A stretch of 64,000 nt of DNA, taken from positions 658 to 64,657 of the forward strand of contig CAKPLP010000007.1 of the NCBI GenBank assembly GCA_934167695.1. Reading direction: 5' to 3'. Source of the stretch: an uncultured Bacilli bacterium. Its GTDB lineage: Bacteria > Bacillota_I > Bacilli_A > RF39 > UBA660. The notes under the pieces are model-generated. The model saw nothing but the letters and a program-made list of their open reading frames with translations. It was not told the origin of the DNA and ran no database searches. Both the position numbers and the translations under genes were made by a program. Shown here one piece after another: positions 38,006 to 48,734 of this stretch; position 1 is the stretch's first letter, and the number at the start of each line of letters is the position of its first letter.

Positions 38006-39133
38006 ATGGAAAACGGATTAAGAACAGAGGAGTTTGGAAAGAAAAAGAATACTACTAAAATAATGATAATATTACTCCTTCTAATAGTAATAATAACCAT
38101 AGCATTATGTACATATTACTATATAACAAATAAGAAAAAAGAAGAGGCAAAGAAAAAAACAATAGAAATAACATCACTAAATGAAGAACTTCAAGATATA
38201 TATGGTTTTGCTATTTCAAATAATTATATAGTAGCTTTAAAAAATAATGGAAGTATGATTAAAATTTATAATTTACTTCAAGGAACAGGAAATTTAGGAA
38301 ATTTTACATACTACACATATTATAATGATAAATTATATTTATTATTTGAGGATAATAATTTATACACCATTTCCTTAACAGATGGTAATAAAGTTTATGA
38401 ACTAACTAAAAATCTAACCTTAGAAAATTTACAATGTAGTTCAAATAACATAGGAAAAACCAGTGATTTAGCCTTCAGTGGTAAAACAATTTATTTTAAT
38501 ACATCATCATGTGGAATTAGTAGACTAAGTTATGATGCAAAAACAAAAAAAGCTAAAATGGATGTTTTAAAAACATATAATAATGTAGGAGTTGATTTTG
38601 AACTTTCTCCTTTAACTAAGTCATTATATGTAAAAGCAGATAACACCATTTCTAAATTTGATAATACAACAGGAGAAATAACTACAATCGCCAATAATAT
38701 TAATACAACAAAACCATTAGTATTAAAATCAAATTTATTAGTATATAATAATAACAAAGAATTTTATGCTTATAATATAAAAACAAACAATTTAAGTAAA
38801 ATAATAGATAATGCTGAAGAGTTATTAATATATAAAAATTCATTTATTTATAGAAGTAATGATACGATATATTTAATGACTCCAAATAAAACATCAGAAA
38901 TATATAAAGTACATTATAATAATTTAACTAATATGCAGTTAATTGGTAAAAATACCTTACAAATAGTAGATACAGATACAACAGATGAAACAAAAAAGAG
39001 AATAATTAATATTGATCTTTCTAATAAAAAATACTCAACAACACAAAATGAAAATGAATATACTAACATAGTAGAATATACTAAAAAGACTAGTAGTACT
39101 AATACTACTAATCAAAAAAGTAATAGTAAATAA
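38006..39133 (+). CDS. Membrane-anchored repeat protein, probably beta-propeller-like (hypothetical)
   Basis: One TM, then recurring ...(I/L)Y(Y/F)...N..(I/L)Y.(I/L)...G blades. S/T/N-rich tail. Confidence 0.5.
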   Translation: MENGLRTEEFGKKKNTTKIMIILLLLIVIITIALCTYYYITNKKKEEAKKKTIEITSLNEELQDIYGFAISNNYIVALKNNGSMIKIYNLLQGTGNLGNFTYYTYYNDKLYLLFEDNNLYTISLTDGNKVYELTKNLTLENLQCSSNNIGKTSDLAFSGKTIYFNTSSCGISRLSYDAKTKKAKMDVLKTYNNVGVDFELSPLTKSLYVKADNTISKFDNTTGEITTIANNINTTKPLVLKSNLLVYNNNKEFYAYNIKTNNLSKIIDNAEELLIYKNSFIYRSNDTIYLMTPNKTSEIYKVHYNNLTNMQLIGKNTLQIVDTDTTDETKKRIINIDLSNKKYSTTQNENEYTNIVEYTKKTSSTNTTNQKSNSK

Positions 39134-39161
39134 AAAACATCTTTTCAAATAGATGTTTTTT
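39132..39161. terminator. Bidirectional terminator between convergent genes
   Basis: AAAAAACATCT-tttcaaat-AGATGTTTTTT. The A run and T run serve the two strands. Confidence 0.65.
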
Positions 39162-40025
39162 TTATTGATACATTTCTTGTTTTAACAAATCTAAATTATC
39201 ATTCATTAATGATACATAATCTTTTTTCTCTTCTCTTTCTTTATCAGTAAGATTATCAATTTTATGAAGTTTAACTTCCTTTAAATCACTATATTGCTCT
39301 AATAATTTTTTACTGTTATTACTTAATGTATCACCTTTAAAATTATAAATATAACTAATTGAACCGTTCTTTATCAAATCTTTAACAGTATCTATTGTTT
39401 TTTGACTTGCTTTATCATCAATACAGATAACATTAATACCAAATTTTTCTAAATACATCAAACTTTCTTCATTAACAACAATCGTTTTATCTTTAGTATC
39501 TTGAACTGCTACTCTATAGTCAGCATCAAGTTCAGATAATTTAACCTTTAATTGTTCATAAGCATCATCAATTTCTTTTTGTAAATAAGTACTAGTAACA
39601 TATTCATCAAGTCCTAATTGTACGTTCTTAGCCATCATAAGTAGGGAAGAAGGGTTAAGCCATAATTCTTCAGGACTATAATCTTCCTCTAAAACATAAG
39701 CAGTATCTATAATTCTAAGATTGCTATTTAAATCTAATAAATCAACTGCTAGCTTTCGTTCTTTATCTATTAAACCATTGTATATAAATAAACCTTTACT
39801 ACTAAAATCATTCTTCTGTTTCTTAGTAATTTTATAACTGTTAGTTGAAACACCATCAGGATAAATAGATTCTATATTAGCATGTTTTCCATATAACTTA
39901 GAAGTAATATACTCATTAGCATAATTAGTAACAATAATATCAATATCCTCCATATCATCTTGTTTACAACCTGTACATAAAAAGACCGTCATAATAACTA
40001 ATAATATAATAAATTTCTTTTTCAT
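39162..40025 (-). CDS. ZnuA/TroA-fold solute-binding lipoprotein with degenerate metal site
   Basis: Lipobox LCTGC. Colinear with the Zn/Mn SBP family (...LFIYNGL..., ELWLNP.., VNEESLMYL). The usual His ligands (DPHxY, HxWLDP, H.AF.Y) are replaced. Confidence 0.55.
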   Translation of the reverse strand: MKKKFIILLVIMTVFLCTGCKQDDMEDIDIIVTNYANEYITSKLYGKHANIESIYPDGVSTNSYKITKKQKNDFSSKGLFIYNGLIDKERKLAVDLLDLNSNLRIIDTAYVLEEDYSPEELWLNPSSLLMMAKNVQLGLDEYVTSTYLQKEIDDAYEQLKVKLSELDADYRVAVQDTKDKTIVVNEESLMYLEKFGINVICIDDKASQKTIDTVKDLIKNGSISYIYNFKGDTLSNNSKKLLEQYSDLKEVKLHKIDNLTDKEREEKKDYVSLMNDNLDLLKQEMYQ

Positions 40026-40249
40026 TTCTTAATCTCCTTTTTTATTGGAACAGGATCATATCCAAAACCACCCAAAGGATTACATTTTAATATTCTTCTA
40101 ATACCTAAAAAACTACCTTTAATTGCTCCATAATTTTCAATAGCAATCTTCGTATATTCAGAACAAGTAGGATTAAAATGGCAATTTTGATGAAATCTAC
40201 CCGGTGTTTTTTGATAAAGATTAATAAGAAAAATTAAAATCCTTTTCAT
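40022..40249 (-). CDS. yidD: Membrane protein insertion efficiency factor YidD
   Basis: 75 aa with [23 protein letters not shown]...RILKCNPL. Confidence 0.85.
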   Translation of the reverse strand: MKRILIFLINLYQKTPGRFHQNCHFNPTCSEYTKIAIENYGAIKGSFLGIRRILKCNPLGGFGYDPVPIKKEIKK

Positions 40250-40377
40250 AAATATCCTCCAATAATATTTTACTAAAAAAAGATGTTACTTTCAAGTATA
40301 TATAAAATCAAAATAAGTAAAAAACAGAGCATTTACTAATTTAAAAAAATAGTCTATAATGTAATAGGTGATGAAGA

Positions 40378-41040
40378 GTGGACGAGTTATTTAAAAATTT
40401 AAATATTAAACCAAAAGACCTAACACTTTATGAAAGAGCTTTTTCTCATTCTAGTTATGCCAACGAACATGCAAAAAAGCAAGATTATGAAAGATTAGAA
40501 TTTTTAGGAGATGCTATTGTTGATTTAGTAGTAGCGGATTATTTGTATGAAAACTATACTGAAGATGAAGGTGAAATGACAAAAGTAAGAGCAAGCTATG
40601 TATGTGAAAATGCCTTATATGAATATTCTATGGCATTAGGACTAAATAAATATATTAAAGTAGGACATGGAGAACAAGAAAAGGAAGATATTCTAAAAAA
40701 AGCTATAATAGCTGATATTTTTGAGGCTCTAACAGCTGCTATTTATTTAGACTTAGGCTTTGCAACTGCAAGACGCGTAGTTTTAAATATAATTGTACCC
40801 TATATAAAAAATAATGTTACATTTTTTAGTGATTATAAATCAGCATTACAAGAAGCAGTTCAAACAGATAAAAAAAGTGTTGAGTATGAATTAATAAAAG
40901 AAGAAGGACCATCACATAAAAGAAAATTTACAGTAGAAGTAAAAATAAATGATATTATTTACGGAACAGGTATCGCTGGTAGTAAAAAAGAAGCAGAGCA
41001 AAATGCTGCTAAAATGGCTTTGGAAAAACTTGCAATATAA
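40378..41040 (+). CDS. rnc: Ribonuclease III
   Basis: ERLEFLGDA signature and a C-terminal dsRBD (GPSHKRKFTVEV...GSKKEAEQNAAKMAL). GTG start with SD aggtga. Confidence 0.9.
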   Translation: MDELFKNLNIKPKDLTLYERAFSHSSYANEHAKKQDYERLEFLGDAIVDLVVADYLYENYTEDEGEMTKVRASYVCENALYEYSMALGLNKYIKVGHGEQEKEDILKKAIIADIFEALTAAIYLDLGFATARRVVLNIIVPYIKNNVTFFSDYKSALQEAVQTDKKSVEYELIKEEGPSHKRKFTVEVKINDIIYGTGIAGSKKEAEQNAAKMALEKLAI

Positions 41041-41057
41041 ATATAAAGGAGTTAGTT

Positions 41058-41471
41058 ATGAAAAAAGAAAAATCCTGTGGTAATATTGTATTCAAAAAAG
41101 AAAATGACATTTTAAAAGTTTTACTTGTTCATCATAATTTAGGTCATTATGGTATGCCAAAGGGACATGTTGAATTAAACGAAACCGAAGAAGAAACTGC
41201 TTTAAGAGAAGTATTTGAAGAAACAGGCATATCTTCATATATAATAGATGGCTTTAGAGAAATGATTACATATAGTCCCAAAGAGAATGTTATTAAAGAT
41301 GTAATTTTCTTTGTTGGAGAGGCAACTGATGATAAAATAACTCCACAAATAAGTGAAGTAAGTGAAGCTTTCTTTACTGAAACTGATAAAGCAGTAGAGC
41401 TACTAACTCATAAAAATGAAAAGAAAGTCTTAGAAAAGGCCATAGAATTTTACAAAGGCTTAGAAAGATAA
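41058..41471 (+). CDS. NUDIX hydrolase
   Basis: Nudix box GHVELNETEEETALREVFEETGI. Confidence 0.85.
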   Translation: MKKEKSCGNIVFKKENDILKVLLVHHNLGHYGMPKGHVELNETEEETALREVFEETGISSYIIDGFREMITYSPKENVIKDVIFFVGEATDDKITPQISEVSEAFFTETDKAVELLTHKNEKKVLEKAIEFYKGLER

Positions 41472-41543
41472 TTTGAAAAATAATTATTTTTTTGATATAA
41501 TGTAGAAGCTTGTTAACTTAATTAGCTAAAGAAAGGAGAAATT

Positions 41544-43199
41544 ATGAGCAAAATAAAAATATTTGGTTTAGGCGGACTAAATGAAAACGGTAAAAATATG
41601 TATATCGTTGAAGTTGATAAAAAAATATTCGTTTTTGACGCCGGACTAAAATATGATAATGATATCAAATTAGGAATTGACTACATTATCCCTAATTATG
41701 ATTATTTAATAGAACATAAAAAAAATGTAGTAGGAATTTTCTTAACACATGGACATGAAAGTCACATCGGAGCAGTACCAGAAATATTAAAGGTATTACC
41801 AAATATTCCAATCTATGGTACAAAACTAACATTAGAAATTTTAAAAAATGATTTAGATCAACAAACATTAAACAAGGCTAAATTAATTGAATTAAAACCA
41901 CATGTAAAAATAAACTTTGGAAGATTATCAATTTTTCCAATTAGTGTAACACATTCAATACCAGATGCTGTATTATATGTTTTATATACTCATGATGGTG
42001 CAATCGTCTACACAGGTGATTATGTCTTTGATTCAACTGTTCCAAGTATCTATCAAACAGATATTGGAAAATTAGCTTATGTTGGAAAACAAGGTGTATT
42101 ATGTTTACTTAGTGAATCATTATATGCTGAAAGACCGGGGCATACAAGTCCAAATAATAGAGTATCATCATTTATAAAAGAAGTATTGAAAAAAAGTGAA
42201 GATAGAATTATAGCAACTATCTTTCCAGCCCATTTTTATAGAATTCAAGAAATATTTAATGAAGTAGAAAAAACAAATAGACAAATTGTAATCATGGGAA
42301 AAAAATTACAACAAACTATTTTTAATGCAATCGATGGAGGATACTTAAATGTATCAAAAAATAAAATAGGAAATTTATCAAATATAAATGATAAGAATGC
42401 AATTATCTTGATATCAGATGAAAAAGAAAAACCTTTTGCAAATTTAGAAAGAATTATCAAAGGATATGATAAATATATAACAATAAAGGAAAGCGATACA
42501 ATTTTCATAACAGAACCAAGTTATGATGGAATCGAAAAAAGAACTGCCGAAATAATGGATGAAGTTGCAATGTTAGGCGCAGATGCTGTGTCATTATCAA
42601 GTAAAAAACATTTACTTCATCATGCTTCAAGAGAAGATTTAATGTTAATGATAAATTTAATGAATCCAAAATATTATTTCCCAGTTAAGGGAGAATATAG
42701 ATATTTATATGCTAATGCAAAAGTAGCTGAAGATGTAGGAATTTCTAAAGATAATATAATTCTAAAACAAAATGGTGATGTTGCAGAATTTATAAATGGT
42801 GAATTAAATAAAGAACAATTCGTCCATATTAAAACAGATGAAATTTTAATAGATGGTACTAGTGGTGAAGATGTTGGAAATCTTGTTTTAAAAGATCGTG
42901 AGATGTTAGGTGAAAATGGTATTGTAATAGTAAGTTGTACCCTAGATAAATTAACCAAAAAGATAATTGGAGGACCAGAAATACTTACAAGAGGTTTTAT
43001 ATATGTAAAAGATAATCAAACACTTCTAGAAGAAACAAAATCATTTTCAGAAGAAATAATAGAAGAAAATATAGAAACAAATGCAACTAGAGTAGATTAT
43101 TCTAGAATAAAAAATGAAGTACGCGACAAGCTAGGAAAATTCTTCTATGAAAAAACAGAATCAAAACCTATGATTATAACAGTAATCCAAGAGGTTTAA
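41544..43199 (+). CDS. rnj: Ribonuclease J (metallo-beta-lactamase/beta-CASP)
   Basis: 551 aa with IFGLGGLNENGKNMY, the THGHESHIG motif, and beta-CASP and C-terminal domains. Confidence 0.85.
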   Translation: MSKIKIFGLGGLNENGKNMYIVEVDKKIFVFDAGLKYDNDIKLGIDYIIPNYDYLIEHKKNVVGIFLTHGHESHIGAVPEILKVLPNIPIYGTKLTLEILKNDLDQQTLNKAKLIELKPHVKINFGRLSIFPISVTHSIPDAVLYVLYTHDGAIVYTGDYVFDSTVPSIYQTDIGKLAYVGKQGVLCLLSESLYAERPGHTSPNNRVSSFIKEVLKKSEDRIIATIFPAHFYRIQEIFNEVEKTNRQIVIMGKKLQQTIFNAIDGGYLNVSKNKIGNLSNINDKNAIILISDEKEKPFANLERIIKGYDKYITIKESDTIFITEPSYDGIEKRTAEIMDEVAMLGADAVSLSSKKHLLHHASREDLMLMINLMNPKYYFPVKGEYRYLYANAKVAEDVGISKDNIILKQNGDVAEFINGELNKEQFVHIKTDEILIDGTSGEDVGNLVLKDREMLGENGIVIVSCTLDKLTKKIIGGPEILTRGFIYVKDNQTLLEETKSFSEEIIEENIETNATRVDYSRIKNEVRDKLGKFFYEKTESKPMIITVIQEV

Positions 43200-43208
43200 T
43201 TTAAGAAG

Positions 43209-43234
43209 ACTATAAATTATTTATAGTTTTTTTT
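43209..43234 (+). terminator. Rho-independent terminator
   Basis: ACTATAAA-tta-TTTATAGT plus TTTTTTT. Confidence 0.6.
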
Positions 43235-43294
43235 GTAAATAAAAATCTTGTTTTTATTAAGAGTTCTTGTTAAAATTTAAATAGTGGTGATAAT

Positions 43295-44314
43295 ATGAAA
43301 GTTTTATTATATGCAGAAGCATTAAAAACGATTGGAAAAAGTGGTCTAGGAAAGGCAATAAAACATCAACAGAAAGCTTTAGATTATATGAAAATACCAT
43401 ATACAACTAATGAACTTGACGACTATGATATTTTACATATAAATACTTACTTTCTAAAATCTTATCTTTTAGCAAAAAAAGCTAAAAAAGAGGGCAAAAA
43501 GGTAGTTTATCATGCTCACTCAACAGAAGAAGATTATAAAAACGGTTTTATTTTATCACAGAAAACTTCTAAACAATTTAAAAAATGGTTAATTAAATGT
43601 TATTCACTTGGAGATGTAATTATAACTCCTACACCATACTCAAAAAAAATATTAGAAGGTTATGAAGGATTAGAAAACAAGAAAATATTTGCAATTTCTA
43701 ATGGCATAGAAATGGACTTTTTTAAACCAAATAAATCATACCGAAAAAGTTTTAGACAAAGATACGGTTATTCTGATAGTGATAAAATAATCGTAGGTAT
43801 AGGCCTATATATAAGAAGAAAGGGAATAGTAGACTTTGTAGAAATTGCTAAAAGAATGTCAGAATATAAATTTATATGGTTCGGGGCAAGTCCTTTATCT
43901 GCAGCAACAGAAGATGTAAAAAAAGCAGTTCATACTAAACTACCAAATTTGAAATTTGCAGGATATGTTGAACAAGAATACATAAGAGAAGCTCTCGGAG
44001 GATGTGATTTATATTTATTTCCAACCCTAGAAGAAACAGAAGGAATTCCAATAATAGAAGCCCAAGCCATGAAATGTGATGCCATTATAAGAGATATACC
44101 AATATTTGATAATTGGTTAGAAGATGGTAAAAATGTATATAAAGCAAAAGATATAGAGGAATTTATTACCAAAATAAAAAAAATATTAGAAAAAGAGTTA
44201 CCATCAGTTACAGAAGAAGGCTATAAATTAGCCAAACAAAGAGATATAAAAATGGTAGGAAAACAATTAAAAGAAGTATATGAAGAGGTATTAGATAATA
44301 AAAAAGAATCTTAA
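43295..44314 (+). CDS. Family 4 (GT-B) glycosyltransferase
   Basis: C-terminal EETEGIPIIEAQAM (E-x7-E) motif. 339 aa. Confidence 0.75.
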   Translation: MKVLLYAEALKTIGKSGLGKAIKHQQKALDYMKIPYTTNELDDYDILHINTYFLKSYLLAKKAKKEGKKVVYHAHSTEEDYKNGFILSQKTSKQFKKWLIKCYSLGDVIITPTPYSKKILEGYEGLENKKIFAISNGIEMDFFKPNKSYRKSFRQRYGYSDSDKIIVGIGLYIRRKGIVDFVEIAKRMSEYKFIWFGASPLSAATEDVKKAVHTKLPNLKFAGYVEQEYIREALGGCDLYLFPTLEETEGIPIIEAQAMKCDAIIRDIPIFDNWLEDGKNVYKAKDIEEFITKIKKILEKELPSVTEEGYKLAKQRDIKMVGKQLKEVYEEVLDNKKES

Positions 44315-44329
44315 AAAGGATTCTTTTTT
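44302..44329. terminator. Bidirectional terminator between convergent genes
   Basis: AAAAGAATC-ttaaaaag-GATTCTTTT overlapping both stop codons. Confidence 0.6.
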
Positions 44330-45470
44330 ATTGAAATCTGTAATTATATTTATGATTATTACTATCACACGAAATATTAAAAATAATTCCAACCATTAAC
44401 ATATAAGAAAGCAAACTACTTCCACCATAACTAATAAATGGAAGTGTAATACCCGTAATAGGTAACAATCCAATAGTCATACCAATATTTTGAACTTGTT
44501 GAAAAACTAAACATCCAATAATTCCAACTAAAATATATTTATCAGTTATTAATATTTTCTTTCCGATTAAACGAATTAACTTAATATCAAAGAATAGGAT
44601 TAAACTAACAAGCAAAACTGCTCCAACAAAACCAAAGTTAGAAGCAAAAACAGCAAATATAAAATCTGTACCAGACTCAGGAAAATAAATAGGAGTTTTA
44701 TTATAACCATGTCCAAAAAGCCCAGCTGAACCTATAGCGGCTAAAGCATTTTCAAGTTGAAGACCAGAACCACTTTGCCAATTAAAAATTCTTTCAAATC
44801 TATAAAATAAATTAGTACCAAAAAGATTAATGAAAAGTTCACTGTTTAAAAAATAAATACCCATGATACTACTTAATAATAAAACAGCTAATATACCACA
44901 AATAACAAACCATCTCATTCTAATACCAGATGTAAACATCATACAAAAATATATTACTAAGTACATAATAACAGCACCAGTATCAGGTTGTAAAAATGTA
45001 AGAGTAGATGGAATTAGAACAATAATTAAAGTTTTAAAGATAAATAATGCTTCATCCTTTATAGTTGCTTCATCATACTGAATTCTAAAATTATTAATCA
45101 TAACACTAAGTACTAACATAAGTACAATTTTCATAAACTCACTAGGTTGAAAATTACCAACTCCGGGTATTGTAAACCAACATTTACTATTATTAATAGG
45201 AGTTCCAAAAAATAACAACAACAATAGTAATACACAAAAAATAACATATAATACAAAAGCATGTCTATATAAATATTCATTTTTAAAATGCATAATAATC
45301 AAAGTCAAAATTGCACCAATAAAATACCAGATAACCTGTTTTGCAACTAAATTTCCCATACTACTAGAAATGTATGTAGAAGCACTATTAATAGTAAAAA
45401 TACTAATAATTGCAAATATAATAATAGTAATTAATATACTAATATCAATTTTATTTTTATTTTTTATCAT
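44328..45470 (-). CDS. SEDS-family peptidoglycan glycosyltransferase (RodA/FtsW)
   Basis: ~10 TM segments and the C-terminal [19 protein letters not shown] motif. ATG at 45470 is preferred over the extended ORF (GGAG upstream). Confidence 0.85.
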   Translation of the reverse strand: MIKNKNKIDISILITIIIFAIISIFTINSASTYISSSMGNLVAKQVIWYFIGAILTLIIMHFKNEYLYRHAFVLYVIFCVLLLLLLFFGTPINNSKCWFTIPGVGNFQPSEFMKIVLMLVLSVMINNFRIQYDEATIKDEALFIFKTLIIVLIPSTLTFLQPDTGAVIMYLVIYFCMMFTSGIRMRWFVICGILAVLLLSSIMGIYFLNSELFINLFGTNLFYRFERIFNWQSGSGLQLENALAAIGSAGLFGHGYNKTPIYFPESGTDFIFAVFASNFGFVGAVLLVSLILFFDIKLIRLIGKKILITDKYILVGIIGCLVFQQVQNIGMTIGLLPITGITLPFISYGGSSLLSYMLMVGIIFNISCDSNNHKYNYRFQ

Positions 45471-45554
45471 AAAACATCTCCATTCTTTAAATATTATACC
45501 AAATATTAGCAATTTTTATTTATTTAATTCATAAAATATTTTGAGGTGGACCAT

Positions 45555-45854
45555 ATGAAAAATTTACCAAAAATATATAAACAAAAAATAAATAAGAAAT
45601 TTACTAATAACAGTACCGTATATTATTCTACAACACAATACCAAGAAAAAGAACCAGAAATAGAGGATATTTCTAAATTTTTAGATGATTTACTAAAAGA
45701 AGATGGTTATATATTCAATAAACCATTAACTATTAAAACAAAAGATAAAACATATAATACTGCAATAGTACAAAAAAAAGAAGATAAGATTTATACTTTA
45801 AGTGATGAAATAATAAGAATTAAAGATATTATTTCAATTAAAAAAAATAATTAA
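45555..45854 (+). CDS. Hypothetical small protein
   Basis: ORF with SD gaggtgg. No recognised motif. Confidence 0.45.
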   Translation: MKNLPKIYKQKINKKFTNNSTVYYSTTQYQEKEPEIEDISKFLDDLLKEDGYIFNKPLTIKTKDKTYNTAIVQKKEDKIYTLSDEIIRIKDIISIKKNN

Positions 45855-45982
45855 ACACAAAATTAATTATTTTTTTATGTTTTAAAGACTATAATTTACT
45901 AAAAAAATGTATTTATCTAAATTATTTAATTATAAAGTACAGTATGATATACTTAAAATATATTTAAAAGAAAGGAATAAAT

Positions 45983-48259
45983 ATGCTTGAATTAAGAAAT
46001 ATAAATAAAAGTTATAAAACAGGAAATTTTGTACAATATGCCTTAAAAAATATTAATATTAAGTTTAGAACAAATGAATTTGTTGCAATTTTAGGACCAA
46101 GTGGTAGCGGAAAAACATCACTTTTAAATGTTATAGGTGGTCTAGATAGATATGATAGTGGAGATTTATTAATTAATAATAAAAGTACCAAGAAATTCAA
46201 AGATAATAATTGGGATTTCTATCGTAATAACTGTGTGGGATTTATTTTTCAATCATATAATTTAATAAGTCATATAAACGTTTTAGAAAACGTAGAAATG
46301 AGTACTATATTAAGTGGATATAGCAAGAAAAAAAGAAGAAAAAAAGCCAAAGAGGCCTTGGAAAAAGTTGGACTTGGAGATCATATTTATAAAAAACCAA
46401 ATCAATTATCTGGAGGCCAGATGCAAAGGGTAGCCATTGCTAGAAGTTTAGTTAATGATCCGGATATTATTTTGGCAGATGAACCAACGGGAGCCCTTGA
46501 CTCGAAAACAAGTAAGCAAATAATGGATCTAATAAAAGAAATTGCTAAAGACAAACTTGTGATAATGGTTACCCATAATCCAGATTTAGCAAATGAATAT
46601 GCAACAAGAATAATAAATTTTCAAGATGGAGAGATTTTAAATGATTCAAATCCTATAAAAGATACTAATGAAAATAATGATAAATTTAAAATAAAGAAAA
46701 CATCTATGAGCTATAAAAGTGCTATTAATTTATCATTCAATAATTTAAAGACAAAAAAAGGAAGAACATTCATAACTTCCTTCGCTTCATCAATAGGTAT
46801 CATAGGAATAGCATTAATTCTTTCCTTATCAAATGGATTTAAAATAAAAATAGATGAATTTGAAAAGTCCACACTATCTCAGGCACCAATAATAATATCA
46901 GAACAAGCAATTACCTCATCAAATTTTAAACAAACTGATGATAATTTAACAGAATACTCAAATAAAAAACAAATTTATGCTTTAAAAACCATTCAAGATA
47001 CAACTCATATAAATAAATTAACAAATGATTATATTAAATATATTCAAAATATAGATCCAACCTTAATTGGTGGTATCAGTATGAGTAGAACTACAAACCT
47101 AAACTTACTAACAAAAATATCTGGCAAAATAAAACCAATTTCATCTAATAATATTTTTTCTGCAATGCCAAACTCATTAGATGGAAAAACATCCACTATT
47201 ATGAAAAATAATTTTGAATCTATCTATGGAAAAATAACTAACAAAAAGGAAGATATATATCTACTAGTAGATTCTAAAAACAGAATAAATAATGATGTAC
47301 TAGAAGCATTAGGATATAAAGATGAAAAAATAAACTTTAAGGATATTGTTGGAAAAGAATTTAAAATAGTTCAAAACAATGATTACTACAAAAAAATAGG
47401 AACAAATTATATTCAAAATAATGATTATGATAGCCTATATAATAACAAAAATAATTTAACAATAAAAATAGCTGGTATCATAAGAGGTAAAAAGAATAGT
47501 GACTTTGCTAAACTTAGTGGAACTGGCATAATATACAATAATGAACTTTTAAATTTTATTATAAATAACAATAAAAACTCTGATATTGTTAATGATCAAC
47601 AGGAAGCTGATTATAATGTTTTAACATCAGAACCATTTGATTATCAAACAGAAGAGAAAAAAGAACAGACATTATCATATTTAGGAGCAGATACAACACC
47701 ATACATTGTTCAAATATATCCTAAAGATTTTAAGGCTAAAGATAAACTTTTAAATTATTTAGATAAATATAATAAAAATAAATCAGAAGAAGAGCAAATC
47801 CTTTATACAGATCAAGCTAAGTTAATTACAGATTTATCAGGTAACATTATGGATGCAATAACAATCGTTTTAATAGCCTTTTCATCTATTTCATTAATTG
47901 TATCAAGTATTATGGTAGGTATTATTACTTATACTTCGGTCTTAGAAAGAACAAAAGAAATAGGTATTTTACGTGCATTAGGAGCTAGAAAAAAAGATAT
48001 TAGACGAGTATTTAATGCTGAGGTATTAATAATTGGATTTACTAGTGGTTTATTAGGAATAATAATAGCAAGAATTTTAATAATACCAACTAACAAAATT
48101 ATTGAACAACTATCAGGATTATCAGGGGTAGCAAAACTTAATCCAATACATGCACTTATTTTAATATTAATAAGTGTTACTCTAACATTAATAGGTGGAA
48201 TGATCCCAGCTCGTATAGCATCGAAAAAAGATCCTGTAATAGCACTTAGAAGTGAATAA
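45983..48259 (+). CDS. MacB-like ABC transporter, fused ATPase/FtsX permease
   Basis: Walker A GPSGSGKTS, LSGGQMQRVAIARSL, ILADEPTGALD. A large extracytoplasmic domain and the C-terminal FtsX TM bundle (ERTKEIGILRALGA). Confidence 0.85.
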   Translation: MLELRNINKSYKTGNFVQYALKNINIKFRTNEFVAILGPSGSGKTSLLNVIGGLDRYDSGDLLINNKSTKKFKDNNWDFYRNNCVGFIFQSYNLISHINVLENVEMSTILSGYSKKKRRKKAKEALEKVGLGDHIYKKPNQLSGGQMQRVAIARSLVNDPDIILADEPTGALDSKTSKQIMDLIKEIAKDKLVIMVTHNPDLANEYATRIINFQDGEILNDSNPIKDTNENNDKFKIKKTSMSYKSAINLSFNNLKTKKGRTFITSFASSIGIIGIALILSLSNGFKIKIDEFEKSTLSQAPIIISEQAITSSNFKQTDDNLTEYSNKKQIYALKTIQDTTHINKLTNDYIKYIQNIDPTLIGGISMSRTTNLNLLTKISGKIKPISSNNIFSAMPNSLDGKTSTIMKNNFESIYGKITNKKEDIYLLVDSKNRINNDVLEALGYKDEKINFKDIVGKEFKIVQNNDYYKKIGTNYIQNNDYDSLYNNKNNLTIKIAGIIRGKKNSDFAKLSGTGIIYNNELLNFIINNNKNSDIVNDQQEADYNVLTSEPFDYQTEEKKEQTLSYLGADTTPYIVQIYPKDFKAKDKLLNYLDKYNKNKSEEEQILYTDQAKLITDLSGNIMDAITIVLIAFSSISLIVSSIMVGIITYTSVLERTKEIGILRALGARKKDIRRVFNAEVLIIGFTSGLLGIIIARILIIPTNKIIEQLSGLSGVAKLNPIHALILILISVTLTLIGGMIPARIASKKDPVIALRSE

Positions 48260-48266
48260 AAATCCA

Positions 48267-48297
48267 AAAGAAAAAGTAGTTTTGCTACTTTTCTTTT
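48267..48297. terminator. Bidirectional terminator
   Basis: AAAAGAAAAAGTAG-ttttg-CTACTTTTCTTTT (one bulge) between convergent genes. Confidence 0.6.
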
Positions 48298-48313
48298 TAG
48301 TTTATATAATTAG

Positions 48314-48721
48314 TTAGCATAAATCAACAAATACATCAGGATGACACTGTAATGCACTAACACAGTTTAAATCAATAGTGAAAAACTGTCTAGTAGCTGT
48401 ATAAGTATCATCACCATTATCAATTAATATTCTGCAAGTACAGCAGCAATTATCAACTTTTTCTGCTCTAAATACTGTTGAAGTAGCAGTTGTCTCATTA
48501 ATCGTATATTGTATATTCCAAAGTTCACCAGATTGACAATTATAAAAACTCAAAGGTCTAGTATTATAGCATTCACAACTTAAAGTAGGACCCAAGAAAG
48601 GTTTGTCACATCCTTCACTACAGCAAGTATCAGCATCCATATTTTGAAGATTTACAATTTCTCGTATTAATTCAGACAAACAACAACTTCTATCAGCATT
48701 ATTTTCATTTCCACAGCACAT
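48314..48721 (-). CDS. CotY/CotZ-family cysteine-rich spore coat/exosporium protein
   Basis: 135 aa and Cys-rich. CCSEGCDKPFLGPT, VFRAEKVDNCCCTCRIL and IDLNCVSALQC are colinear with Bacillus CotZ/CotY (CPTGC..., FFRVE..C..CATLSIL, EVDL.CFCAI.CL). SD AGGAGG. Confidence 0.75.
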   Translation of the reverse strand: MCCGNENNADRSCCLSELIREIVNLQNMDADTCCSEGCDKPFLGPTLSCECYNTRPLSFYNCQSGELWNIQYTINETTATSTVFRAEKVDNCCCTCRILIDNGDDTYTATRQFFTIDLNCVSALQCHPDVFVDLC

Positions 48722-48734
48722 ATTTAATTCCTCC

